Below, piece by piece: positions 11,700 through 24,333 of a stretch of DNA of 64,000 bases. This stretch comes from Tubulanus polymorphus (taxonomy: Eukaryota; Animalia; Nemertea): NCBI RefSeq assembly GCF_964204645.1, contig NC_134032.1, forward strand, positions 14,992,275 through 15,056,274, in the 5' to 3' direction. Made by a program: the position numbers and the translations under genes. How positions within the stretch are numbered: position 1 is the first letter of the stretch; every line of letters begins with the position of its first letter. A model generated the notes under the pieces. That model did no database searches. It was not told where the DNA came from and saw nothing but the letters and a program-made list of their open reading frames with translations.

Positions 11700-13100
11700 G
11701 TGTACGGGACCCCTGTATCTATCCAGCATCAGCACCACTCAAAATCGGTGTCAGTAATTACTGGGTTCAAACCCGGGACACTCCTGTACAACCTCTATTC
11801 CGCATCAGGACCACTCTGAATCAGTATAAGTAATTACTGGGTTCGAACCTGGGACACCCCTGTACAACCTCTATTCCGCATCAGCACCACTCTGAATCAG
11901 TATCGGTAATTACTGGGTTCGAACCTGGGACACTCCTGTACAACCTCTATTCCGCATCAGGACCACTCTGAATCAGTATCAGTAATTACTGGGTTCGAAC
12001 CCGGGACACCCCTGTACATCCTCTATTCAGCATCTGCCATTCAGAATCAGTATCAGTAATTACTAGGTTCAACATTTCACCGTACGGTGCTGCCGCTATG
12101 CTCATCGTTGGCGGGATTTTCATACACTAACTACAGTCAACTCTGGCAATCGACGTGCTGTCTCAGTTACTCTGTAACCCTAGCTTGCCAGAGTTAACTT
12201 TTTTTAGTGTATGTAAATTCCGCCAACGATGGACATAGCGGCAGCACCTTACGGCAAAATAAGACAGTTATAATTGTTTTCATTATAGAATAACTATATC
12301 TGATTAGAAAACTTTATTTCAATCCAACAATTTGCATTGTACCCGAAGAGGCCGCGTACGAGATCCCTGTACATCCTCTATCCATCATCAGGACCACTCT
12401 GAATCAGTATCAGTACTGGATTCAGTGTCAGTAACTGTGTACACTCCTTGTACATCGTCTATTCAGCATCAGAACCACTCTGAATCAGTATCAGTAATTA
12501 CTGGATTCAGTGTCAGTAATAACCGTGTACATCCTCTATTCAGCATCAGGACCACTCTGAATCAGTATCAGTAATTACTGGATTCAGTGTCAGTAATAAC
12601 CGTGTACATCCTCTATTCAGCATCAGGACCACTCTGAATCAGTATCAGTAATTACTGGATTCAGTGTCAGTAATAACCGTGTACATCCTCTATTCAGCAT
12701 CAGGACCACTCTGAATCAGTATCAGTAATTACTGGATTCAGTGTCAGTAATAACCGTGTACATCCTCTATTCAGCATCAGGACCACTCTGAATCAGTATC
12801 AGTAATTACTGGATTCAGTGTCAGTAATAACCGTGTACATCCTCTATTCAGCATCAGGACCACTCTGAATCAGTATCAGTAATTACTGGATTCAGTGTCA
12901 GTAATAACCGTGTACATCCTCTATTCAACATCAGGACCACTCTGAATCAGTATCAGTAATTACTGGATTCGACCCCGGGACACCCCTGTACATCCTCTAT
13001 CCATCATCGACCACTCAGAATCAGGACTGGGTTCGAATCTGGGACACCCCTGTAGATCTGCTCTATTTGGCATCGGGACCACCCTGAGCCAGTGTTAATA
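11700..13100 (+). repeat. ~60-75-bp satellite with a B-box-like GGTTCGAACCC; also at 45010-45620 (-), 46175-46265 (-) and 51380-51580 (+)
   Basis: ctgtacatcctctattcagcatcaggaccactctgaatcagtatcagtaattactgg units. Confidence 0.85.
12079..12256. mobile_element. Fold-back palindromic element (~75-bp arms); second copy at 45979-46156
   Basis: ccgtacggtgctgccgctatg..aactctggcaa / ttgccagagtt..catagcggcagcaccttacgg. Confidence 0.8.
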
Positions 13101-13745
13101 ATTGTTGTGCGTCCTGTAAATCCTCTATTCGGCTAGGGTAAGCCGGTTTTTATGAACCGGCGTCCTTGTTTAGGCGTAACCTAAATGGTTTGCGCAAACC
13201 AAGTTGGCCGAGATGAGGTCTGACCCTAAGGACAAGACTCTTTCATTTGAGGGAGAGCCTGACCCAAGACACTAGGGCTACTTCATGTAGATATGAGGGA
13301 GTCTGACCCGGGACAGGGGCTGCTACTTCATGTAGATATGAGGGAGTCTGACCCGGACAGGGCCGCTATTTCAGTATAGATATGCCGAGGGAGTCTGACC
13401 CGGGACAGGGGCTGCTACTTCATGTAGATATGAGGGAGTCTGACCCGGACAGGGCCGCTATCTCACAGTTCGCAGTTAGATGATGCTAGTATTATATCTA
13501 TCATGTATCCAGAATAAAACTAGTCCCTCTTTGTCTTGCATTATAATGAATGGACTTTTAAGGACAACTTTCTAATCATTTTCCAAAAGGCAGAGAAAAG
13601 AATTAGCAAAATCAGTTTATCAAAAACTCCACTCGATTTTATGTAACCGACCACTATCTAACACATTCACGTGTAGGATCCGAGCCCAGTGGCATTTCAT
13701 GGCAGTAGGCCGAATCTCATTTTGAAAATCTTGGCGGGACTGTTC

Positions 13746-13810
13746 ATTGGTCAGCGCGATGACGTCACACGGTCAGTATATAAGCCCAGGTCACCTGATC
13801 CTCTTCCCAG
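13746..13810 (+). promoter_or_regulatory. Core promoter: inverted CCAAT, CRE, TATA box and pyrimidine-rich start
   Basis: ATTGG 13746, TGACGTCA 13760, TATATAAG 13777, cctcttccc 13800, then cag|gtagg donor at 13826. Confidence 0.6.
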
Positions 13811-14346
13811 ACGGCCGTTAAACAGGTAGGCGAACAGTTGATATTGTAAAAATTTTGTCCGTGTTTCTCATAACTGGAAGTATATCGATTTTGAATATTC
13901 TAGGTCTTTTTAAGAACGCGCGTGCAATTTTCATGTTTTGAATTATTGAAGTTAATAACGTTTCTGATTTGAGAATGTTCGTACTAAAAGCAACTGTGCA
14001 GAGATATATCTAAGTGTATGTAACATATAATACGTTCACAGCTCAGTTGTCTATTCAACCATGACTTGAATAACCATTGAAACCTTTTCATTCGAATCGC
14101 AGTGAACTGATTTTATATCCAGGTCAACGTAGCTACTTTGCATATGTAAGAAGTAGACAGTAGAAGATCTGATGATAAATTTCGATTGAAATCATTTTGA
14201 TTATCACGAATGGTCTTCAAACTTGCTGATTATTTTTCTAGAACATTCGCTCGAAGAAGTGATTTCTTGATTGATTTTATTCTTATTTTTATCATTTTTT
14301 CTTTTATATTGTAGCAGTAACCAGCAGCAAAACATCAGCAATCAAC

Positions 14347-14434
14347 ATGGACTTTTTTTATGCTACATTGAAGGCGGTAAAGGTCGAGGTAGTGACGAAC
14401 AAGGGCCGCTCCCTCGACCTTTTCTGTAAATTAA
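14347..14434 (+). CDS. First coding exon of an unknown small gene, MDFFYATLKAVKVEVVTNKGRSLDLFCKL (possibly C2-domain-like)
   Basis: Polypyrimidine tract with tagcag acceptor at 14312-14317, aacATGg start and |gtaagt donor; codon-pattern conservation with the paralog at 49752-49832. Confidence 0.55.
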
Positions 14435-17400
14435 GTAAGTTTTTACACTAGTTTTTATCTCAATTAGTAAACCTTGAAATATATCGATTCAATTCATTTC
14501 AAACAGTCAGTACATCTAGCAAATCTCGCTGAAATTCCATATCAAAATATCACCACATTGAATCATAAATCTTACAAAATCATAATCTTTTTATTCATTA
14601 AATATCTTAAGTTTGAATATTTCAAATTTTTCGAACTATGTTAATCTTAAGTGATTAAGTTTCATATGATTAAACCAGATCCAATAGAGACGTGAGCTGA
14701 AGTTATATCAATTGGTTTCTTGGTCTCTTGGGGGCGTTTTTGTTTTATCTAATTTATATCAACAAGGTCACCATGTACTACTGAAATATTCGGATATCAT
14801 TTTGAACTAGAATTTTGTTGCAGTAATGACTAAGACCTACGTTAATGATACAGATTTGTTTATTCGTATTTATAAGATTATTTTCGATCGAACAAAGATT
14901 CGAACACCAAATTTTACGGAATAAAATTGAATTGAATTGAATTGAATGTGGCTGTGACGGATAGGATTTAGACGAGGGTTACTTTCAAAACGAAACCTTA
15001 AACATGTGAAAGTTTCGATTGAATAATCGATTCATCATTGCTGCCGTATCTCTATAAGGTAGCCCACAGCTGTTTGGTAGATTGATATAGGCCTACATTT
15101 TAAACACTCCTAAAACATCTTTTGATGAATTTGATTTGATTTTCACGTGTTTGCAAATACTTGAATTGTGGATTCACCGTCCAGTTAGGAAGTACAGGGT
15201 TAGGGAGCGTGTCTCAATTTGTTGAAAAGCCGCCATGCATGGCCGAACACTAAATGTGTTTATGAATGATCATTAAAATGGTTGGAGTTGAACCAATATA
15301 AGAAAATAAGGATTATTGCATTGTTTGCGTGTATTGATAAATGATCTGTTGTCATATGACATGATTTGAGACATGACATAAATCAACAAAGACAAATTTC
15401 CCCTGAATAAAATTGTTGGTCCTCTTTACAAATTAAGCTGCTCCAGATTTGTTCAAAATGGTAACTGCTTTCACTCTTGAGATCGACGTTTTATCGTAGA
15501 ATTTTGACTCATCAGATTCAGTATTTCTCAAAATCTGTTACTTTCCGAAGACTAAAGTTTTCGATTCCTGCTAGATATGTTTTGAATACCTCGGTTTTGA
15601 CACAGGTAAATACAAAAGAAGTGAAATCCAGTGATTTAATGATCAATATCTCAACAGGCAGCAGCTGGTCATTTAACAATAAACGTACACAATGGAACAA
15701 TCCGTAGTTTTTGGTTTGACTCAATTTTAAAGATCAAGTGTTGCCTAAAAAAGCCTATGTTTTTAGTAATAGATAATAATGTGTTTAATTAATACATAAT
15801 AATCATTCTTGAGAGATTTCAGCTGTAATGAGTGATGGATTACTGAAATATAAATGATTGAAAAGTGTAAATTTGAAGGAATATTTTCACATCGCGTAGT
15901 TCATCTGATACCTGTGTAGATGGCGCTAATGATGACGTAATAGGGGCTACGTGCTAGAATTATTGAAGCACACGCGAACCTCTAGTTTTATGTTGATATT
16001 CGTGGTATTCAAATTAGTTTATCTTATAAGACGTGCTTTTTATGCATTGTACGCGTACATTAGTATTTGGTATATGTCTCTTAGAGAAACTCTACTGATA
16101 ACTGTTAACCCTTTCAGTGCTGACTAATTAATACCCTCGATAGTGCTGGAGATAATTTGAACATTTTGAAAATTCCACCCTAATGTGTTGAATAACGGGA
16201 ATACCACTATAGTGCGTCTACACCGCGGCGCCGTGTATCGTTAGTTACTAATATTTCACTATGTTTGACAAGTGCTGCCATCTTTCAATAAGGTTAAAAT
16301 CTAGTCTTAGTAGTCGTGTTTACCTCGCCGGTTACGTCTGCACTACTGCACCGAATAAAGGTGAAACACGGTGTCATATCTTGAATATATTTAAATGATT
16401 ACATGATGAAAATAATGATAACACCTTTAATAAATAAGTTTAATCATGAAATCTGCAGTTGGTATTGAGTAGGTACAGCACACACTGTAGCCCTTGTGAC
16501 GTCACACGTATAGCAGATAGCAAGTAGTCGGTGCCGATCAGAAAATTCATTTCCAAACCGATATACTTACTCAAGTTCAGTGTTTATCGAGAAAATAACA
16601 TTTCGTTCTGGTTTTATGAGTTAGTTAACTATTGAATGAGACCGTAATGAGAATTTTGATTAATAGGCTACACTCGATCGTTAAAGCTTGGGTAACAAAT
16701 TTTCTGAGACGCCCTGTATATAGACCCAGAGTTAATCGCAACAGATAGTCAGAGATAGGCCTAGGCCCTATCAGCCTTATGATTATCTTTTCAATCTAGA
16801 TAAATGATTGAAAAACAGAATGTAGTTTGTGTAGATGGTGTAGTCGGCCTATTAAGATATTTAGGCCTATAAAGTAAGCATTATAAAGGCCTAGATTTTA
16901 ATAGAAAATCATTTAAATTATCTATTATAATTTATTATAATTATAATTATTAATTATTATCGTTATTATTATTATACATACATATCGCTACTTATCATTG
17001 AATTTTTTTTATATATATATAGTGATATATATATATATATATATATATAATCGTAATAATTAAGTCATAACCGTTTATCCATTAAAGGCCTAGCATAGAT
17101 TTTACCCCAGGCCTAGCAATTATCCAACTCCAGGGCTAGCGTTTATCCAGCTCCAGGACTGGCGTTTATCCAGCTCCAGGACTGGCGTTTATCCAGCTCC
17201 AGGACTAGCCTTTATCCAGCTCCAAGGCTAGTTTCTATAGAAACAATGTGATTGTAGAGTTATTCTGGAGCAGTGGCTGCAGTGTGAAATATCCAACAGG
17301 ATGCAAGGGGTAAGTGACACACTTTTAGGCTTAGATTCTAAATATTGTTAACTTTTTACTGATGATGATTTTTGAATATGTGTTAATTATATTTTAGAAT

Positions 17401-17489
17401 GAATTTGATCGAAGCCAGACGTGAATTGGTTTAACAATGTGTGACAGCTTCACTTCTCAGTTCAGGTACTATAGACTGATACCCAGTAG

Positions 17490-20265
17490 AGTGATGAGAA
17501 TTGTACCAGGATCGCAGTACCATCAACCGCATACACCCAGTACCAGTGGATCGCAGTACCAACCACCTACATTCACCCAGTACCAGTGGATCGCAGTACC
17601 ATCAACCCACATCAACCCAGTACCAGTGGATCGCAGTACCAACAACCCACATCAACCCAGTACCAGTGGATCGCAGTACCATCAACTCACATCCACCCAG
17701 TACCAGTGGATCGCAGTACCATCAACCTACATTCACCCAGTACCAGTGGATCGCAGTATCATCAACCCACATCAACCCAGTACCAGGTAATCCCAGTACC
17801 ATCCACCCACATCCACCCAGTACCAGTGTATCGCAGTACCATCCACCCACATCAACCCAGTACCAGTGGATCACAGTACCATCCACCTACATCCACCCAG
17901 TACCAGTGGATCGCAGTACCATCAACTCACATCCACCCAGTACCAGTGGATCGCAGTATCATCAACCCACATCAACCCAGTACCAGGTAATCCCAGTACC
18001 ATCCACCCACATCCACCCAGTACCAGTGTATCGCAGTACCATCCACCCACATCAACCCAGTACCAGTGGATCGCAGTACCATCCACCTACATCCACCCAG
18101 TACCAGTGGATCGCAGTACCATCAACTCACATCCACCCAGTACCAGTGGATCACAGTACCATCAACTCACATCCACCCAGTACCAGTGGATCGCAGTACC
18201 ATCCACCCACATCAACCCAGTACCAGTGGATCGCAGTACCATCCACCTACATCCACCCAGTACCAGTGGATCGCAGTACCATCAACTCACATCAACCCAG
18301 TACCAGTGGATCGCAGTACCATCAACCCACATCAACCCAGTACCAGTGGATCGCAGTACCATCAACTCACATCCACCCAGTACCAGTGGATCGCAGTACC
18401 ATCAACCTACATTCACCCAGTACCAGTGGATCGCAGTATCATCAACCCACATCAACCCAGTACCAGGTAATCCCAGTACCATCCACCCACATCCACCCAG
18501 TACCAGTGTATCGCAGTACCATCCACCCACATCAACCCAGTACCAGTGGATCGCAGTACCATCAACCCACATCAACCCAGTACCAGTGGATCGCAGTACC
18601 ATCAACTCACATCCACCCAGTACCAGTGGATCGCAGTACCATCAACCTACATTCACCCAGTACCAGTGGATCGCAGTATCATCAACCCACATCAACCCAG
18701 TACCAGGTAATCCCAGTACCATCCACCCACATCCACCCAGTACCAGTGTATCGCAGTACCATCCACCCACATCAACCCAGTACCAGTGGATCGCAGTACC
18801 ATCAACCCACATCAACCCAGTACCAGTGGATCGCAGTACCATCAACTCACATCCACCCAGTACCAGTGGATCGCAGTACCATCAACCTGCATCAACCAGT
18901 ACCAGTGGATCGCAGTACCATCCACCTACATCCACCCAGTACCAGTGGATAGCAGTACCATCGACCTACATCAACCCAGTACCAGTGGATCGCAGTACCA
19001 TCAACTCACATTCACCCAGTACCAGTGGATAGCAGTACCATCCACCCACATCAACCCAGTACCAGTGGATCGCAGTACCATCCACCTACATCCACCCAGT
19101 ACCAGTGGATAGCAGTACCATCAACCTACATCCACCCAGTACCAGTGGATCGCAGTACTATCAACTCACATTCACCCAGTACCAGTGGATCGCAGTATCA
19201 TCAACCCACATCAACCCAGTACCAGGTAATCCCAGTACCATCCACCCACATCCACCCAGTACCAGTGTATCGCAGTACCATCCACCTACATCCACCCAGT
19301 ACCAGTGGATCGCAGTACCATCAACCTACATTCACCCAGTACCAGTGGATCGCAGTACCATCCACCTACATCCACCCAGTACCAGTGGATCGCAGTACCA
19401 TCAACTCACATCCACCCAGTACCAGTGTATCGCAGTACCATCCACCCACATCAACCCAGTACCAGTGGATCGCAGCAACATCAACTCACATTCACCCAGT
19501 ACCAGTGGATCGCAGTATCATCAACCCACATCAACCCAGTACCAGGTAATCCCAGTACCATCCACCCACATCCACCCAGTACCAGTGTATCGCAGTACCA
19601 TCCACCTACATCCATCCAGTACCAGTGGATCGCAGTACCATCCACCCACATCCACCCAGTACCAGTGGATCGCAGCACCATCAACTCACATCCACCCAGT
19701 ACCAGTGGATCACAGTACCATCCACCTACATCCACCCAGACCAGTGGATCGCAGTACCATCAACCCACATCAACCCAGTACCAGTGGATCGCAGCACCAT
19801 CAACTCACATCCACCCAGTACCAGTGGATCGCAGTACCATCAACCTGCATCCACCCAGTACCAGTGGATCACAGTACCATCAACCCGCATCCACCCAGTA
19901 CCAGTGGATCACAGTACCATCAACCCACTTCAACCCAGTACCAGTGGATCGCAGCACCATCAACTCACATCCACCCAGTACCAGTGGATCGCAGTACCAT
20001 CCACCTACATCCACCCAGTACCAGTGGATCGCAGTACCATCAACCTACATTCACCCAGTACCAGTGGATCGCAGTACAATCCACCCACATCCACCCAGTA
20101 CCAGTGGATAGCAGTACCATCCACCTACATCCACCCAGTACCAGTGGATTGCAGTACCACCCACCCACATCAACCCAGTACCAGTGGATAGCAGTACCAT
20201 CCACCCACATCCACCCAGTACCAGTGGATCGCAGTATCATCCACCCACATCCACCCAGTACCTGC
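17490..20265. repeat. 40-bp satellite, ~69 copies
   Basis: cccagtaccagtggatcgcagtaccatcaacccacatcaa units. Confidence 0.97.
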
Positions 20266-21020
20266 ATACCAGTGGATCAATTATGTAAATGTAGAATATA
20301 TTTGAATGAAATTCATTTACCATTTTTGTTTTGTCACGAAATTAATTTTGAAAAATTTTTATATTGTTTGCAATTTGCTTCGTGAATATTTCAAATAAAA
20401 CAATAAAACCTTTTGATAAATCAATCAAATTGTCTCCGAATTCCTTAATATTTTGTAAGTGAATATCATAATAAAGGTAAACATTGGTTCTAAAATGAGT
20501 TTGACGATAGTCAATTTACATGTTTAATTTCTCAATAAAATTTGGTACCGGCACCCACCAGATGGCGTAACATTACACTTAGTTATGCGTACTGAGAATG
20601 ATTTACTTTTCAATGAACGTTGAACTGGATTTTAAGGCTCCCAAATGGAAATGTTGTCAAATAAGTCATCACAAGATTGACATTCCTAATGAGTGTATGG
20701 TATAGTTTTACTTGTAAATTGATTTGAAAAAAGTTGATTTAAATTTAATCGAATCGTTGAAGAATTTGAAGCGCGGTTACCGAGTAACCACTAGCGACAC
20801 CTGGTGGATCCTCACCTGCCATATGTGGAATCCTCCGTTGCCACAGTAGCGCTGCCGGTACTCCATCGCTTTTCGTGAAATGGACGAAATCCATTTCAGA
20901 TGAAAAATGCACCGAAAAATACGCATTAAAACAACGCATTTTATCAGAGAATTGTCTTAGATGTAACACGTGTCATCGCTGGACATTTTTGAACACAACT
21001 CCGCGACGACTGAAATAAAA

Positions 21021-21905
21021 ATGCCGGGGACTTTTTCACATTTCCTACAAGTGGCTGCAGCTGTATTTATAGTGAATTATTTCACCGATGGATTTAAGGG
21101 GTAAGTAGAAACTCATTATAATGTATACGTGAAATAGGCCTTCAGTGAGGTGCAGTGGTCCGGTCACTGGTCCGGTCACTGGTCCCGTCATTGGTCCCTC
21201 GTCAACGTCCGGTTTAGAATCTTGGTTTTTCTCTTTGGCCCCTATAACACTTTATCGCGGAATATAATGCAATATGTCTGTGGTTCCGCTTTATATCCAA
21301 GAATAAATAAATGAGATGATATTTCTGTTATTCCTGGTCTGTTGTCACTCAATACATTCAGCGAGGTCGACTCGAGAATAGAGGACTCCACTTTCCCGAG
21401 GTCAACTCGAGAATAGGGGACTCCACTTTCCCGAGGTCAACTCGAGAATAGGGGACTCCACTTTCCCGAGGTCGACTCAAGAATAGAGGACTCCACTTTC
21501 CCGAGGTCAACTCAAGAATAGAGGACTCCACTTTCCCGAGGTCAACTCAAGAATAGAGGACTCCACTGTTTAATGATAAAGAATAGGCCTCTACCCAGTA
21601 ACAGTATTGAACCTCGTTGATACTGTGATTCCGTTCCATCACGATGATTTCCAGCAGTGTCAGTCCCAGTTAACATAATCAAATACCAGTTTAATACAAC
21701 ATTTCCTATTTTGCCCTCAAGATTCGAGTATTAACCAGGTTCCACTATATCCACACGATTCGTATTAATGAGGTTCCACTTTATCCACTGGGTTCGTATT
21801 AATGAGGTTCCACTTTATCCACTGTATTCGTAATAATGAGGGTCCACTGTGTGATTATTTTTGCCTGTACAATACAATTCTGTTATTATTTGTAGAATGA
21901 ATTAG
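21021..21905 (+). other. Two-exon micro-ORF (21021-21100 + 21896-21905), MPGTFSHFLQVAAAVFIVNYFTDGFKGMN*; degenerate paralog with its intron at 17310-17397
   Basis: aaggg|gtaagt ... tag|aatgaatt junctions shared by both loci. Confidence 0.35.
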
Positions 21906-22075
21906 ATTGGATGAATCCAGCAGTGAACTGGGGTCGAGATAGCGTGTAGTTGAGGGATAGCTATGGAATCGAGCAGTGAACTGGGGTCAAGATAGCGTGT
22001 AGTTGAGGGATAGCTATGGAATCCAGCAGTGAACTGGGGTCGAGATAGCGTGTAGTTGAGGGATAGCTATGAAAT
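21362..22075. repeat. Short minisatellites: 35-bp (21362-21570), 31-bp (21720-21850), 53-bp (21911-22075)
   Basis: Direct tandem units visible. Confidence 0.85.
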
Positions 22076-22729
22076 CAAGCTCGGGGACCGTATTAACCAA
22101 GCACCTGCAAGTTAGATGTGGAACTCTGGCTGCGTGATTGAGCCCAGGGACGCGTGCACCTTTAAGTTAGATGTGGAACTCGTGTTGTGGATAGGTGTGG
22201 AACTGAGGCCCAGGGTGTCTGTTATACTTTTGTATTGTGTAAAATTTAAGTTGTTTTTCTGTACATGAATAGATTTATTATCAATACAACCAAAAACTCT
22301 GTATTTTTATATCTTTTGTTGTTTTTTCATTTATTATAATCTCTAAAGACCAGTAAATACTGGATAGGGTGTCCCTGGTTCGAACCCGTCATTACCGATT
22401 TCCAGTAGTCTCAATACTTCGAGCTGCCGCTTTTGAAAGTGAAAATATTAATGAAATTAATGAATTTTGACACGAGCAGAATATGTGAAGTTCAGATTCA
22501 GACCCTGCAAGCAAGTCATAGTTTTATGCTTGTATCGTATATTTTTGCCTTGTAGATTGAATTTCTGCATTAAAGTCTAACGTCGTCATTTTGATTTAGT
22601 AAAGTCTCGGTCATCTTGAATTTTTTATTAGCGGCTTGAAAAAATTAGAATGATGAAAATCGTCAATTTAGAATAGACTATATCGATGGAGTCCAGTTGA
22701 AATGCGCTCCTCGGGTAGAGAAATAGATC

Positions 22730-22860
22730 GGTTGGGTTTCTTCGGAAAAGCAAAAATTTTGAGTATCGTTTTCTAAATTGGTCGATATTGAAAGATGAGA
22801 TATCCACAGGAAAGTTAATTGCGTTCCATAAACGAGGTGCACAGCACATACTTATCCAAT
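22730..22860 (-). mobile_element. 3'-terminal fragment of a CR1/L2-like LINE ORF2
   Basis: CAPRLWNAI...SFNIDQFRKRYSKFL resembles the PxLWNxL..S...FK C-terminal motif of non-LTR ORF2. Confidence 0.45.
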
Positions 22861-23326
22861 GTAATTACAGCGTAACAATGGTATTCAATTCTTTACTGTA
22901 AATCAACATTCAGCATCACATGATGAAAGGTTTTTAGATTTGTATTTCGTGATGATGTTTATAATATATGGATTCGGGAGTCTAAAAATCCAGTTCAAAG
23001 TTTATTGAAAATAATTTTGACAACGAACAACCTACTGCTCGTCACGCCATCTGGCGGGATAGCTGGTTTTGCCGGTACCCAATTCAATTTACTTAGTCGT
23101 CATTTGGATTTATTCCATCTTCCATTACAATGGTGGCGCCCTCTATACATTACATTATGAGCTGTACTTATATCATTGTCAATACCTAAGACGCCATCTA
23201 TATGACAAACGCTACAATCACATAACTAAAGTCATCTCTATTTTTCCATAAAATATTTGTGATAATCTATTGTTTTAGTTTACATGAAATTGTTTTTATA
23301 AAGTGTATTTTGAATAGATGATTTTG

Positions 23327-23980
23327 CTGCGTCCTCGCTACCACTCCGGGCTGCGTCCTCCCTACCACTCCGGGCTGCGCCCTCGCTACCACTCCGGGCT
23401 GCGTCCTCGCTACCACTCCGGGCTGCGTCCTCGCTTCCACTCCGGGCTGCGTCCTCGCTACCACTCCGGGCTGCGTCCTCGCTACCACTCCGGGCTGCGT
23501 CCTCGCTACCACTCCGGGCTGCGCCCTCCCTACCACTCCGGGCTGCGTCCTCGCTACCACTCCGGGCTGCGTCCTCGCTACCACTCCGGGCTGCGTCCTC
23601 GCTACCACTCCGGGCTGCGTCCTCCCTACCACTCCGGGCTGCGTCCTCGCTACCACTCCGGGCTGCGTCCTCGCTACCACTCCGGGCTGCGTCCTCGCTA
23701 CCACTCCGGGCTGCGTCCTCCCTACCACTCCGGGCTGCGTCCTCGCTACCACTCCGGGCTGCGTCATCGCTACCACTCCGGGCTGCGTCATCGCTACCGC
23801 TCCGGGCTGCGTCCTCCCTACCGCTCCGGGCTGCGCCCTCCCTACCACTCCGGGCTGCGTCCTCGCTACCACTCCGGGCTGCGTCCTCGCTACCACTCCG
23901 GGCTGCGTCCTCGCTACCACTCCGGGCTGCGTCCTCGCTACCACTCCGGGCTGCGTCATCGCTACCACTCCGGGCTGCGT
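23327..23980. repeat. 24-bp GC-rich minisatellite, ~27 copies
   Basis: ctgcgtcctcgctaccactccggg units. Confidence 0.97.
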
Positions 23981-24333
23981 TCGGGTAGAAATACTGTCGA
24001 TTGCGATATTCACATAATGTTTTCTGTTTATTAATTTAAACTATGTTTTGGATCTAAACCTGTACCAAAGTTGCAGGTAATAGTACAAATAAATTCTAAC
24101 CCTGCGTTCCTAAAACTGTTTTCTACCCCCATTTTCTGTCATTGTCTCAACGAGCCACGACAATGACAGAATGCCCTCTAAATTGTGTTCAGAAGAATAC
24201 TGTAGATTTTGAAAACATTGATGATTAAGGAATGGATAATCCGATATGTGATTAATGTTAAGATGACAATGATGTTTATTCCGAATAAATGTGTCATATT
24301 CGTGATCCTTAATACTTTTTCTTTTCATTTCAG

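Noticed and set aside
11700-13100. tRNA genes, CRISPR array or hammerhead ribozymes in the satellite
   Set aside because: Only a B-box-like motif, with no cloverleaf, no unique spacers and no CUGAUGA/GAAA core; the context is eukaryotic.
17437-20385. Long ORFs (483, 426 and 388 aa) in the 40-bp satellite
   Set aside because: The unit is not a multiple of 3 and is nearly stop-free, so all frames cycle through the same peptide; a repeat artefact.
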